51,026 nucleotides of DNA from Gammaproteobacteria bacterium (GCA_025355445.1 JANXZQ010000236.1:1-51026); one strand, 5' to 3'; shown: positions 26,859 to 35,644, counted from the stretch's first letter. Numbers and translations: made by a program. Notes: generated by a model from the letters alone, not told the origin.

Positions 26859-26953
26859 GACCAGCGCTACACCAGGAGTAGCTCGTGGCGGACAGATTGC
26901 GCGAAGAGGGCGCGCTAGATTGGAACCCTACAATTTATGCGATCGGAGCAACT

Positions 26954-27127
26954 ATGACTAATATACAACGCGTTCTTCGGGGTGGCTTTTTGGTGGCAAT
27001 AGTGACGTTTGCGTCGGCGTGTGTCATCGCCGAGCCACGCGAAGGCTACTATGATCACAATCACAACCGCTATTACCGCGAACACGTTTGGCATGATTGC
27101 GGTGATCATGACGATCGCTGTCGCTGA
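26954..27127 (+). CDS. Small exported His/Tyr/Asp/Arg-rich protein (57 aa)
   Basis: GGAG lies 5 nt before the ATG at 26954. The hydrophobic N-terminus is 'MTNIQRVLRGGFLVAIVTFASAC' and the mature part is 'VIAEPREGYYDHNHNRYYREHVWHDCGDHDDRCR'. Confidence 0.45.
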   Translation: MTNIQRVLRGGFLVAIVTFASACVIAEPREGYYDHNHNRYYREHVWHDCGDHDDRCR

Positions 27128-27160
27128 TAGGGCTGCTTACGCCTGAAACAGTGTTGCACG

Positions 27161-27191
27161 CCGGTCGCGCGGAGCGATCTCCCGCGATCGG
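27161..27191. terminator. Strong hairpin between convergent genes (possible bidirectional terminator, no clear U-tract)
   Basis: CCGGTCGCG c GGAG cgat CTCC CGCGATCGG, about 13 bp of pairing including one G-U. It lies between the stops at 27127 (+) and 27203 (-). Confidence 0.35.
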
Positions 27192-27202
27192 CGTTGTAGC
27201 GC

Positions 27203-28480
27203 TCACAGGCTGGGCGCCGGCGAATCCTTGGGTCGTGAACCGTCGGGCTTCTTGACTGCACCGCTGACCGCCTGGATCAGCTGCGTCGCCGCCTTAGCTC
27301 CCTCGAGAGCAATCTCCGGACTATAGGCAGTCATCGTAAATCGAGTGACCAGACGGTCTTCTCGAAGCGCGCCTCTGTTGGCAGTGAAATGGTCCTCCGT
27401 CAGGATCGCCACTCCGCAGCGGTCTATTACCGACTTCAAGTCATCTGCACTGCGTTTCAGCGCAAGATTCTCGCGAGCCATGGACGCACCGTTGAGCGCA
27501 CCGATGCCTCCTAAGGTGCCGCGCCGATTGCAAGGATCACCGATTTGCAGATAGCCGCTGCTCTGAATCCGCCAAGTGGGTGATTGCGGCAGATCATTCC
27601 CACCGAACCCACCATATTTCTTGACCAGCCCATTCTCCAGCGCAACTTCGCGAACGGCATTGGCGGGCGAGTATCCCATCGAGTGAACAATACCCATCAC
27701 GCGCTCCTTGCCCGGGACTGGGGTGAACATGACTTCGAACGCTTCTCCGTCGACCTGGTAGTTGTCGCCGGGGGTAGAGGAAGGCGCAGGGGTCCACGCG
27801 GCAATGACGTTTACAAAACGCCCGCTGGTGATGGGCTGCATGGCACCCTTGGCCGAATCTAAGTAGCTCAAGGTTTCCGCGGACTCATTGTAGTCGAGCA
27901 GTTTCTTCGACTTGAGAACTGCCCGAACTTCATCTGGCGACATGCCTAGTCTTATTCCGGCAATGTCGACTTGGGTGGGGGATAGAGCAACTGCAGATGC
28001 TGCGGCAGCCGATGCTGCGGCAGCCGGCGCTGTGGGTACACTCGCAGCGACGGGCGCCGCTACCGGAGCGCCATTAAAGGTGTAGCCGGTAGTCACCAAC
28101 AAACCGGCCAGCTCGGCTTTGGTGCAGCTATACATCGAGACGGAACTACCCTTTACGCCGAACATGCCATCGGAGCGCTTATCCAGATCGCCCAACACGC
28201 CATTCGGCTCGCGACGGCCTGTCTTGGTGCTGATCAAGCAATAGTAACGGCGCACGTTGGGCGGGTCTCCCAGCTCGAAGTGACCGCGTACCACGTCGTG
28301 TTCGATGTCCTGATTAAGGGACTGTTTGACGGAGGAGAAGATGCTGTCCTGCGGGATCGTCTTCGGTGCTCCGGCATCCGTGACGGCGGGAGTATCGGCC
28401 AACGCGGTGAGCCGCCCGCCAAGGAGCCATACCACACCCAGCGCCGAGGCGCTGCACATTACCCGTCGCAGAGTGCTCAC
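27203..28480 (-). CDS. Hypothetical secreted two-domain protein with Ala/Pro-rich linker
   Basis: 425-aa ORF with signal peptide 'MSTLRRVMCSASALGVVWLLGGRLTALA' and linker 'APVAAPVAASVPTAPAAAASAAAASAVA'. No family recognised. Confidence 0.7.
   Translation of the reverse strand: MSTLRRVMCSASALGVVWLLGGRLTALADTPAVTDAGAPKTIPQDSIFSSVKQSLNQDIEHDVVRGHFELGDPPNVRRYYCLISTKTGRREPNGVLGDLDKRSDGMFGVKGSSVSMYSCTKAELAGLLVTTGYTFNGAPVAAPVAASVPTAPAAAASAAAASAVALSPTQVDIAGIRLGMSPDEVRAVLKSKKLLDYNESAETLSYLDSAKGAMQPITSGRFVNVIAAWTPAPSSTPGDNYQVDGEAFEVMFTPVPGKERVMGIVHSMGYSPANAVREVALENGLVKKYGGFGGNDLPQSPTWRIQSSGYLQIGDPCNRRGTLGGIGALNGASMARENLALKRSADDLKSVIDRCGVAILTEDHFTANRGALREDRLVTRFTMTAYSPEIALEGAKAATQLIQAVSGAVKKPDGSRPKDSPAPSL
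27996..28025. repeat. Perfect 15-bp tandem duplication (GATGCTGCGGCAGCC x2), in frame within the linker of the 425-aa protein
   Basis: Read directly from the sequence. It encodes AAAAS-AAAAS on the minus strand. Confidence 0.9.
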
Positions 28481-28585
28481 ATCTTCCCCCGCAAGGCTGT
28501 AGGGTCGCCCGATTTATTGTGGGGGAATCATAGCAAAAACTCGCTTCCGGAGCGTTCTGGGCAAAGTGCCTGTCAATCCAAAGGC

Positions 28586-28798
28586 TTAAGACGGCTTTGC
28601 CGCGTCGTCCCGAGCATGACCAAGGCCAATTTTCTCTGCCTTCGCCAATTCCACTTCCTCGCCTGCGCTTACTTTCGGACCTTCTTCAATCTTCTTCTTA
28701 CCGCGCGCCGAGTCGACGAATGCACGTTCTGCAGTATTAAAGCGATCCGCCGCTTCCGGGTCGCCTTCGCCATGATTCGACGGTATATTCTTAATCAC
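28586..28798 (-). CDS. Small conserved hypothetical protein ('GEGDxEAAxRFN' type)
   Basis: AGGAGA lies 6 nt before the GTG at 28798. 'NHGEGDPEAADRFNTAERAFVDSARGKKKIEEG..AEKIGLGHARDD' resembles a widespread small proteobacterial protein family, from memory. Confidence 0.6.
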   Translation of the reverse strand: MIKNIPSNHGEGDPEAADRFNTAERAFVDSARGKKKIEEGPKVSAGEEVELAKAEKIGLGHARDDAAKPS

Positions 28799-29051
28799 GT
28801 GGGGTCTCCTGACTATGACTGGATAACGCGAGGACCTGTACAGTACTCTCGACGAGGTCGCGTCCAAGGGCTAGTCCATTGCAGCGGCGAAGCGATGTCA
28901 GCTTAATCCGACGTCAGGGGTAGTTAGCAGGTACAGCTGTGACGGATTTTGGCGACGGGTGCACCTGTCCTACATACTTGCGGGAACAAGTCCGATGGGA
29001 GAACCCATCAGAATCAGCCATGGTGTAGTACCGGAGAGAAGAGAATGGGGC

Positions 29052-29393
29052 ATGTGGAAAAAACAATCTCGAGTCAATTTACGCAAGGATTCGGATAGAC
29101 GCGGCGTTCACTCCACCCACCAGGTGGGCCCCTGGCATGCCGTTTCCGTGACCACGGGGCCATTTTGCTGTGAGGCCGCACGCGGGCTGATTGGGCGTCG
29201 TTTTCTTGCGGCTCAAGCTCCGCGCGTGCCGCTTACACAATGCACGGGAACCGACGCCTGCGCCTGCAGGTACAAGCATCATGAAGACAGGCGCGGCTCG
29301 CCACGCCGGAAGGAAGATATATCGGGGTTACCGACTCGAAATCCCCATGGACCTGAACGGCGAATCGTGCAGTCCCGGCGCGAAGAAGACTAA
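29052..29393 (+). CDS. Hypothetical Cys-rich basic protein
   Basis: 'WHAVSVTTGPFCCEAARGLIGRRFLAAQAPRVPLTQCTGTDACACRYKHHEDRRGSPRR', with a CC...C...C-x-C pattern. The start is uncertain (28959, 28995 or 29052). Confidence 0.45.
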   Translation: MWKKQSRVNLRKDSDRRGVHSTHQVGPWHAVSVTTGPFCCEAARGLIGRRFLAAQAPRVPLTQCTGTDACACRYKHHEDRRGSPRRKEDISGLPTRNPHGPERRIVQSRREED

Positions 29394-29548
29394 GCCGCTT
29401 TCTTCTTTGTTTTCTTCTTCTTGGGCTTCAGCCCAAGTTTCTCAGGATGCGTCAAAATATCCCGATATTTATCCAAAATTTCAACCGCGTTCTTCAATAG
29501 AGCCTTCAGTTTCTTATTCTCTTTCTTCAGCTTGCTCAACTCGCTCAT
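29390..29548 (-). CDS. Lys-rich coiled-coil microprotein (52 aa)
   Basis: Its ATG overlaps the stop of the upstream DUF883 gene (ATGA). 'MSELSKLKKENKKLKALLKNAVEILDKYRDIL..GLKPKKKKTKKKAA'. The stretch is locally AT-rich. Confidence 0.5.
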   Translation of the reverse strand: MSELSKLKKENKKLKALLKNAVEILDKYRDILTHPEKLGLKPKKKKTKKKAA

Positions 29549-29844
29549 GATCGGAGTTCCCGACTCGCGGTAGACAGGTGCGCCAAAGTGTATGCCAGAG
29601 ATGCCGCGGTGGCGATTGCGAGCCACGGGTGATCGTGCACATAGTGAAAAAGAGACCCAGGAATACGGGTGATTTTTACCCGGGGCGATTTTGCACGTGA
29701 GGGTGCACTGTCTTCGGCCCGCAGTATGCAGACATCCACTCGATCTCGGAGCAATTGCACCTGGGGATTTTTGCTATCGCGTAGTTTTGACACCAGCTCC
29801 TTGGCGTCATGCATCAATCGCCCGACCTGTCTTTCGTAACTCAT
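29545..29844 (-). CDS. DUF883 (ElaB/YqjD/YgaM-like) tail-anchored protein
   Basis: 'LVSKLRDSKNPQVQLLRDRVD' is helical, followed by 'VHDHPWLAIATAASLAYTLAHL', the C-terminal anchor typical of DUF883. Confidence 0.72.
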   Translation of the reverse strand: MSYERQVGRLMHDAKELVSKLRDSKNPQVQLLRDRVDVCILRAEDSAPSRAKSPRVKITRIPGSLFHYVHDHPWLAIATAASLAYTLAHLSTASRELRS

Positions 29845-29861
29845 GCGGTATATTCCATGCG

Positions 29862-30176
29862 CTAAAAATGCCAGCCGCGGCGGCCAGAGGCGAAGAAGTT
29901 GCCGGCGATGAAGCCGATGATGCCGGCGGTGGCGGCTGCGGTCCCGATCGCGATCCAGGGCGAATCGTGAATATATTCGTCGGCCACGCCTGCGTAGTTA
30001 CGCAGGGCGGAGTTCGCTTCGGCAGCAGCCCGGTCAGCGGATTGTCTGGTCTCCGCGATGCCTTTTCCCAGTCGGTCGCGCAGCTCGCGTACCTCTGGGC
30101 TGAGGTCGCTACCGAGCTTGCCAAGCAACTCCTCAACGTCGTTGCTTAGATTCTCGAGTATTCGCGATTTGCTCAT
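29862..30176 (-). CDS. DUF883 (ElaB/YqjD/YgaM-like) tail-anchored protein
   Basis: 'LSNDVEELLGKLGSDLSPEVRELRDRL...YIHDSPWIAIGTAAATAGIIGFIAG' is the canonical DUF883 layout. Confidence 0.85.
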   Translation of the reverse strand: MSKSRILENLSNDVEELLGKLGSDLSPEVRELRDRLGKGIAETRQSADRAAAEANSALRNYAGVADEYIHDSPWIAIGTAAATAGIIGFIAGNFFASGRRGWHF

Positions 30177-30300
30177 GAGGTGCCCCGTTGATGTCCCAAC
30201 TGTTCCTGAAAGTATGAAGGAATCTTGTGGCGGCCGGCGGTAGGTGTCGGCTGGATGATGCTGTCAGAGAGAACTCACATAGATATAGAGGCCGGCTTGC

Positions 30301-32232
30301 TCAGTCAGTAGCGGCGGCAGGCGAGGGCGGCGAGTTAAGGGATTTGGATGCGAGCAATTCGGCGCAGTCGGCGTCCTTTGTCAGTCCAGGATCGACGAAC
30401 GCCAGTATCGAGGCGAGCGGAGTCAGCACGATTCCAAGAGCGACCGCCCCCGCAGTCTGCGCCGCGGCATTTCGCACCTGAATCGAGGGAACGGGGTGCG
30501 CCAGGGTGCCGCGCACCAGCACCGGCGCGCGCAAACGCATCAAGCGCAGTCCTTTCGGGTGTCCATGCAGCACTAAATCGACCGCCTCGGAATCGAGACG
30601 AACCGATCCATCGCCGGTGATCAGCACTGCGTCGGTATCGAGAACCAGGCTCTGTGCTTCGAGCGTGCCCTCGTGCGCGCGAAAGCTGGCCACTCCGCAA
30701 TGCACGGCGGTCTGGCGTTCGCTTTTGGCGAGCAACAGCCCCAGCCCGCGAAGGTCGATGCCCGTAAGCTCCGCCAGTGATGCACGCAACGTTCCGCGCG
30801 GGAGTATCGCCGTCACCGTGCCGTTCGCGCTCGCAGCCACTTGGTGGACGGAACTGCCATGGCCTTTGGCGATGACTCGGACCCGCAGCAGACCCTCCAT
30901 CGCTGGTTCGGCCGTACCCTTGTGGAAGAGTTGGGCAAGTTGCACATCCGTGATCTTAAGGTCGACTTCCGCGACGGGATTGTCAGTGCGGGCATCAAGC
31001 CTCACCTGCGCCGTAACCTTGCCGTCGAGGAGGCTACCGGCCAGCGGCTCGAGGACCAGCACTCCTTTTTCGATGCCCAACTTGGCTGTTACGGCCTCCA
31101 GAGACAGATGAGTCTCCTCGATGCGGTGCGCATGAAAGTTCACCACCCCATCGCTGCGGCGTATTGTGCTGGGCTTTAGGGTGGCGTCAGACAGCAACAG
31201 GGGCGGGTCCGTGCTCGTTGTCCGGGCACCTATGTCGGCCACCCGCAGCAGTTGCGAATACAAGTCGGCGCGAAAATCGGGACGTCCTTTGTTGGTATCG
31301 ATCGAAACGCTGCCGTGCATGTCGCTTTTGCCGGAAGTCATGACGATTTCGCTGAACTGTGAAATTCTCCCGCGGCTCGAGAGGTTGCCGGAAAGGTGAT
31401 AGCTGCCGGTGTGCACCAACGTCACACCCGTCAAAAAATAAAGATCCTTCAAGTCGGCGCCCGATGCTTCGAACGCCGTCTCGAGTTCGGTAAAGTCGAA
31501 GGGTTTTGGCAAGAACCCGCTGCCGGTCAGGCGTGAATCGCTGGAGCGCTCGCTGAAGGTGAAATGATAGGGGGTCGCGCGAGTGGCGGCAGCGAGCGGA
31601 GCGCCTTCAATTTCAAAGTTGGCGGGCCTGCCGTTGAGCTGTCCTTGCCCTTCGATCCGCAACGGCCGAAGCGCCCCCGCCGCATCCGCTTCGCGCGCGG
31701 AGACCGTACCTTGAAATTGCAAATGACGACGGGCGTCGTCAAGTTCGATGCGAGCGTCAGGCATGGAAAAGCTCCGGATGAGGGGCAGACCGCCGCTGTC
31801 TCTTATTCCCGGAGGGTTATGCCGCCAGTTCGAGTGGCCATCGGCATCGCGCGACAGGTGCAGCGTCGCTCCGTCCAACGCGAGATTTTCAACTGCGTAC
31901 GACTGGCCAAACCAGGGAAGTGCCACTGCCAGGGTAAGCTTGCCGATTTCCGCGGTATTTCCCGCAGGCATCCACGCCGGATTGCCGATCGTTAGCCGCT
32001 CGGCAATGACGTAAGGATGAAGTGAAAGAACGCGCACCTTAAGCGCACCGTCGACCGCCAGCGGTCGTCCGGCACTCGAGGCGAAGTAACGGATCAGGAG
32101 TCCGCGAAAATGCCCGGTTTCCAAGGCGACGCCAATACCGACGACCATCAGAATCATCAATGCCACAACGCCTGCTGCGCTTAGCAACATGCGGCGCAGT
32201 AGTAGTGAACCCCCAATAGCGAATCTAGGCAC
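30301..32232 (-). CDS. AsmA family protein
   Basis: N-terminal TM anchor 'LLSAAGVVALMILMVVGIGVAL', then a long beta-rich body with AsmA-like N- and C-terminal blocks ('LAVDGALKVRVLSLHPYVIAERLTIGNPAW', 'GSVRLDSEAVDLVLHGHPK..RAPVLVRGTLAHP'). Confidence 0.8.
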   Translation of the reverse strand: MPRFAIGGSLLLRRMLLSAAGVVALMILMVVGIGVALETGHFRGLLIRYFASSAGRPLAVDGALKVRVLSLHPYVIAERLTIGNPAWMPAGNTAEIGKLTLAVALPWFGQSYAVENLALDGATLHLSRDADGHSNWRHNPPGIRDSGGLPLIRSFSMPDARIELDDARRHLQFQGTVSAREADAAGALRPLRIEGQGQLNGRPANFEIEGAPLAAATRATPYHFTFSERSSDSRLTGSGFLPKPFDFTELETAFEASGADLKDLYFLTGVTLVHTGSYHLSGNLSSRGRISQFSEIVMTSGKSDMHGSVSIDTNKGRPDFRADLYSQLLRVADIGARTTSTDPPLLLSDATLKPSTIRRSDGVVNFHAHRIEETHLSLEAVTAKLGIEKGVLVLEPLAGSLLDGKVTAQVRLDARTDNPVAEVDLKITDVQLAQLFHKGTAEPAMEGLLRVRVIAKGHGSSVHQVAASANGTVTAILPRGTLRASLAELTGIDLRGLGLLLAKSERQTAVHCGVASFRAHEGTLEAQSLVLDTDAVLITGDGSVRLDSEAVDLVLHGHPKGLRLMRLRAPVLVRGTLAHPVPSIQVRNAAAQTAGAVALGIVLTPLASILAFVDPGLTKDADCAELLASKSLNSPPSPAAATD

Positions 32233-32380
32233 GAACGCCTTCTCCTTTCGTACCCGCGGTGCCCATGCCTCATGCGAGGCTAAGGGTTCGCGCCTACTTA
32301 GACGGGAAAACTTGCCAGCTATTATGTCGGCGATGTGTAGGATTACCGATACATCGGGTGTCGGATGTTGGCGCTTTTAA

Positions 32381-33076
32381 TTGTATGATCGGGGCACCCA
32401 TGACAACCGTCCTAAGGCGCTGTTGGCCTACGAAATGCACGCTCCGATCGATTATTTGAATCCGAACTTGCCTGCCCGACTCGCGCATGTGCGGATGCCG
32501 CTGGTGGATGCCACCCCAGAGACGATCCATGGCTATGGCAGGCTGGTAGAGGATCCCGAGGAATGCCGCATCGAAATCGTGCGCTGGCCCGCCCAGGGTA
32601 GCCGGCCGATCGACACCGACACCGGCGATCAGGGCGGTACGACCGAGGGGGTGTTCATCTGCGAATGGCGGGGCGATATCCTCTACGGCCGCAACCAAGC
32701 CGTCGATGGCCACTATATCTTGGCTTACGCGCAAGCGCCGGAGTTGGCGCGTACCGATCACGCCGATACTCCCGTCCGCATGTTGCTGTGGCATGCCAAC
32801 TACCATCCGGATGGCGGCCAGATGTTCTTTCCGATCGACCGACGGGCTTTCTACGTGCCCTTGGCACTTCCGGGGGATGACGTGACGCCGCAACGCTTCG
32901 TGTGTTTTCGGTTCGACGGCCGGCAGGGCCTGTATATCCATCCCAATATATGGCACGAGGGCGTGTTTGGCCTCGAAGGAACACAACGTTTTTTCGACCG
33001 CCAAGGCGCCGTGCACGCGCGTGTGTCCGTGGACTTCGCGCGCGAGTTCGGCTGTCTGCTCGAGGTGCCGATTTGA
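32381..33076 (+). CDS. Ureidoglycolate-lyase-fold (AllA-like) protein
   Basis: 'GLYIHPNIWHEGVFGLEGTQRFFDRQG' parallels the AllA 'VNYHRNVWHHPLF...IDRGG' block. The start is uncertain (32381 or 32435). Confidence 0.6.
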   Translation: MYDRGTHDNRPKALLAYEMHAPIDYLNPNLPARLAHVRMPLVDATPETIHGYGRLVEDPEECRIEIVRWPAQGSRPIDTDTGDQGGTTEGVFICEWRGDILYGRNQAVDGHYILAYAQAPELARTDHADTPVRMLLWHANYHPDGGQMFFPIDRRAFYVPLALPGDDVTPQRFVCFRFDGRQGLYIHPNIWHEGVFGLEGTQRFFDRQGAVHARVSVDFAREFGCLLEVPI

Positions 33077-34188
33077 GTCGCGGCATCGCACGTCGCTATC
33101 GGGCCGCCATCGGCTGCGCGCTGCTGTCGGGACTGGCGGCTTGCGCACAGCATGGCCACGACGGTGAAAAGTTACTCAATGTATATTCGTGGGCCGACTA
33201 CATTGCGCCGGACACCGTGACGAATTTCGAAAAAGAAACGGGCATTAAAGTCCGCTACGACACGTATGACAACAACGAAGTCCTAGAGACAAAATTGCTC
33301 ACGGGTCACACGAACTATGATGTCGTGTTGCCGTCTGGAAATTTTTTCGAGCGCCAGCGTGCCGCGGGAGTCTATCGCAAGCTGGACAAGTCCCTTCTGT
33401 CAAACCTTGCCAACGCGGACCCCGAGATCATGCGCTGGATCGCGGTGCATGATCCGGGCAACCTGTACGCCATTCCCTACATGTGGAGTACCGCCGGCTT
33501 AGGCTACAACATCGACAAAGTACATGCGCGGTTGGGTACAGGTACCATCGATAGCTGGTCCCTGCTGTTCAATCCCGAGAATGCGGCGAAGCTGCAAGAC
33601 TGCGGAATTACCATCATAGACTCCGCCCGAGATGTATTCGCCTCAGCCATCATATTTCTGGGCCGCGATCCGAACCGCCAGGACGCGACGGATCTGACCG
33701 CCGCGTCCGAAATACTGCGCAAGATACGACCCTTCATTCGCTACATCGATCCGGCACAGCACACGGCGGATCTCGCGAACGGCAATGTGTGCCTCTCCTT
33801 GGCTTGGTCGGGCGATATCGGCCAAGCACGCGGCCGCGCGAGCGAAGCGAAGACGGGGATGAACCTCGCCTACCTGGTGCCTCGCGAAGGTGCCATCATT
33901 CTCGTGGACACCCTCGGCATTCCTGCAGACGCGCCGCATCCCCACAACGCGCACCTGTGGTTGAACTATCTGATGCGCCCCGACGTCACTGCCGGAATTA
34001 CCAATGCCATTAAATATCCGAACGGCAATCTGGCATCTCTGCCCTTGGTGCAGGCGTCCATAAAAGGAGATGAAACCATCTACCCGAATCAGGCGACACG
34101 GGCGCGGCTGATTCCGATCCGGGCCGTCTCGCCGGAGTATTCCCGTCTGCTGACCCGCGAATGGACCCGATTTCGCACCGGCTATTAG
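33073..34188 (+). CDS. potF: Putrescine/polyamine-binding periplasmic protein (PotF/PotD family), lipoprotein-type signal
   Basis: The TTG start overlaps the upstream stop (TTGA), with lipobox 'LSGLAAC'. 'LNVYSWADYIAPDTVTNFEKETGIKVRYDTYDNNEVLETKL' and 'ADLANGNVCLSLAWSGD' closely parallel E. coli PotF. Confidence 0.9.
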   Translation: MSRGIARRYRAAIGCALLSGLAACAQHGHDGEKLLNVYSWADYIAPDTVTNFEKETGIKVRYDTYDNNEVLETKLLTGHTNYDVVLPSGNFFERQRAAGVYRKLDKSLLSNLANADPEIMRWIAVHDPGNLYAIPYMWSTAGLGYNIDKVHARLGTGTIDSWSLLFNPENAAKLQDCGITIIDSARDVFASAIIFLGRDPNRQDATDLTAASEILRKIRPFIRYIDPAQHTADLANGNVCLSLAWSGDIGQARGRASEAKTGMNLAYLVPREGAIILVDTLGIPADAPHPHNAHLWLNYLMRPDVTAGITNAIKYPNGNLASLPLVQASIKGDETIYPNQATRARLIPIRAVSPEYSRLLTREWTRFRTGY

Positions 34189-35594
34189 CTGCCACGCCGC
34201 AAAATCTCTCCCAGACGCTGCACGGCGCGGTCCATACTCGTGGTCCAGGGATGACCGCAATTAAGCCGCAGAAAATTGCCGAATTGCCGACGCGCGGAAA
34301 ACATCGGCCCCGGTGCAACGGAAATACCTGATTCCACCGCAAGCCGGTGCACTTCGAGCGCGTCCACGGAGGCGGCACATTCGATCCATAAGAAGTAGCC
34401 GCCCAACGGCTGGGCGACGCGAAACCCCGCCGGAAAGTGGCGTTGCACGGAGTTGAGCGCGGCAGCTTGCTGGCTCGCCAGTACTTCGCGCAGGCGCACG
34501 AGGTGCGCTTCATAGCCGCCGTGATGAAGCATCTGCGCGATGCACTGCTGAATCGGAAGACTGGTCGCCAGCGAGGACTCTATTTTCTGTCTCGCCACCT
34601 CCTGTGTGAAGCGGCCGGCTGCGAGCCACCCAAGACGGTATCCCGGTGCAAGGCACTTGCTGAACGAGCCGCAATGCAGAACCCAACCCTTGTCGTCGAA
34701 GGCCTTGGCGGGCGGCGAGGGTGGGGATGAGTACTGTAATTCGGCATAAGCATCATCTTCGATGAGCGGAATGCCATGGCCGGTGAGAAGGCGCACCAAG
34801 TCGCGCTTCTTTTCCGGCGGAGCGGTCGCGCCCGTCGGATGATGCAACGTGGTCATGAACCAACAGGCGCGGATGGGATGCTTGGCGATGGCCCTGCTCA
34901 AGCCCGTCAGATCGACCCCCTCGTGCGGGTGCGTGGGAATCTCGACAACGTGTAGTCCCAGCCTTTCGGCGGCCTGCAGGCAACCATAAAATGTCGGCGA
35001 CTCAATCGCAATGGTATCCCCTGGTCGAGTGATGGCTTGCAAACTGAGGTTGAGGGCTTCGAGCGCTCCGGCGGTTATGATGATCTGTTCGACGCCGATG
35101 GTCATTCCCAGGCGCAAGTAGCGTCGGGCAATCTGCCGGCGCAGTTCCAGATCTCCGGGCGGCAGACTTGCCACGGTGCTCCAAGGGTTCATATGGCGTG
35201 CGCTGCCACCGAGATACCGGGCCAGCCTGGTCCAGGGGAATAGCGTTGGACTGGGAAACGCGGAACCTAATGGGACGACCTCTCGGTCCCGGGTGGCCTC
35301 GAGGGTGTCGAAAACCAAGTCGCTTACGAGCACGCGGGTCGAATTGGCACTGGGCGTGGAGGTGCGTGGCACCGCGGCGGCCTTGCGCTTCTCGAGCACG
35401 TAGTAGCCGGACCGCGGGCTCGACTCGATGAGTCCCTCGGCGGCCAAGGTGTCATACGCGTGCAGCACAGTCGCTGGGCTAACGCCCCTGGTGCGGCAAA
35501 ACTCGCGTATCGATGGCAGTTTTTCGCCGGAACGCAGTGTGCCGCCGCGAATCATCGCGCCCAATTCTTGGGCCACCGCAAGATACAGCTTCAT
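34185..35594 (-). CDS. MocR/PdxR-type regulator (GntR wHTH fused to a class-I aminotransferase-like domain)
   Basis: 'GEKLPSIREFCRTRGVSPATVLHAYDTLAAEGLIESSPRSGYYV' followed by an AAT-like body ('FYGCLQAAE', 'SFSKCLAPGYRLGW'). Confidence 0.9.
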   Translation of the reverse strand: MKLYLAVAQELGAMIRGGTLRSGEKLPSIREFCRTRGVSPATVLHAYDTLAAEGLIESSPRSGYYVLEKRKAAAVPRTSTPSANSTRVLVSDLVFDTLEATRDREVVPLGSAFPSPTLFPWTRLARYLGGSARHMNPWSTVASLPPGDLELRRQIARRYLRLGMTIGVEQIIITAGALEALNLSLQAITRPGDTIAIESPTFYGCLQAAERLGLHVVEIPTHPHEGVDLTGLSRAIAKHPIRACWFMTTLHHPTGATAPPEKKRDLVRLLTGHGIPLIEDDAYAELQYSSPPSPPAKAFDDKGWVLHCGSFSKCLAPGYRLGWLAAGRFTQEVARQKIESSLATSLPIQQCIAQMLHHGGYEAHLVRLREVLASQQAAALNSVQRHFPAGFRVAQPLGGYFLWIECAASVDALEVHRLAVESGISVAPGPMFSARRQFGNFLRLNCGHPWTTSMDRAVQRLGEILRRGS

Positions 35595-35644
35595 GGCCGA
35601 CTACGTTACGACCTGCCAGCCCTCTCGGCCAGCACTTGAGTGAA

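Noticed and set aside
32294-33148. 284-aa minus-strand ORF covering the AllA-like gene and the potF start
   Set aside because: It is antisense to two ORFs with clear family signatures. The composition is Arg/His/Pro-rich and it has no SD. This is a typical shadow ORF of GC-rich DNA.
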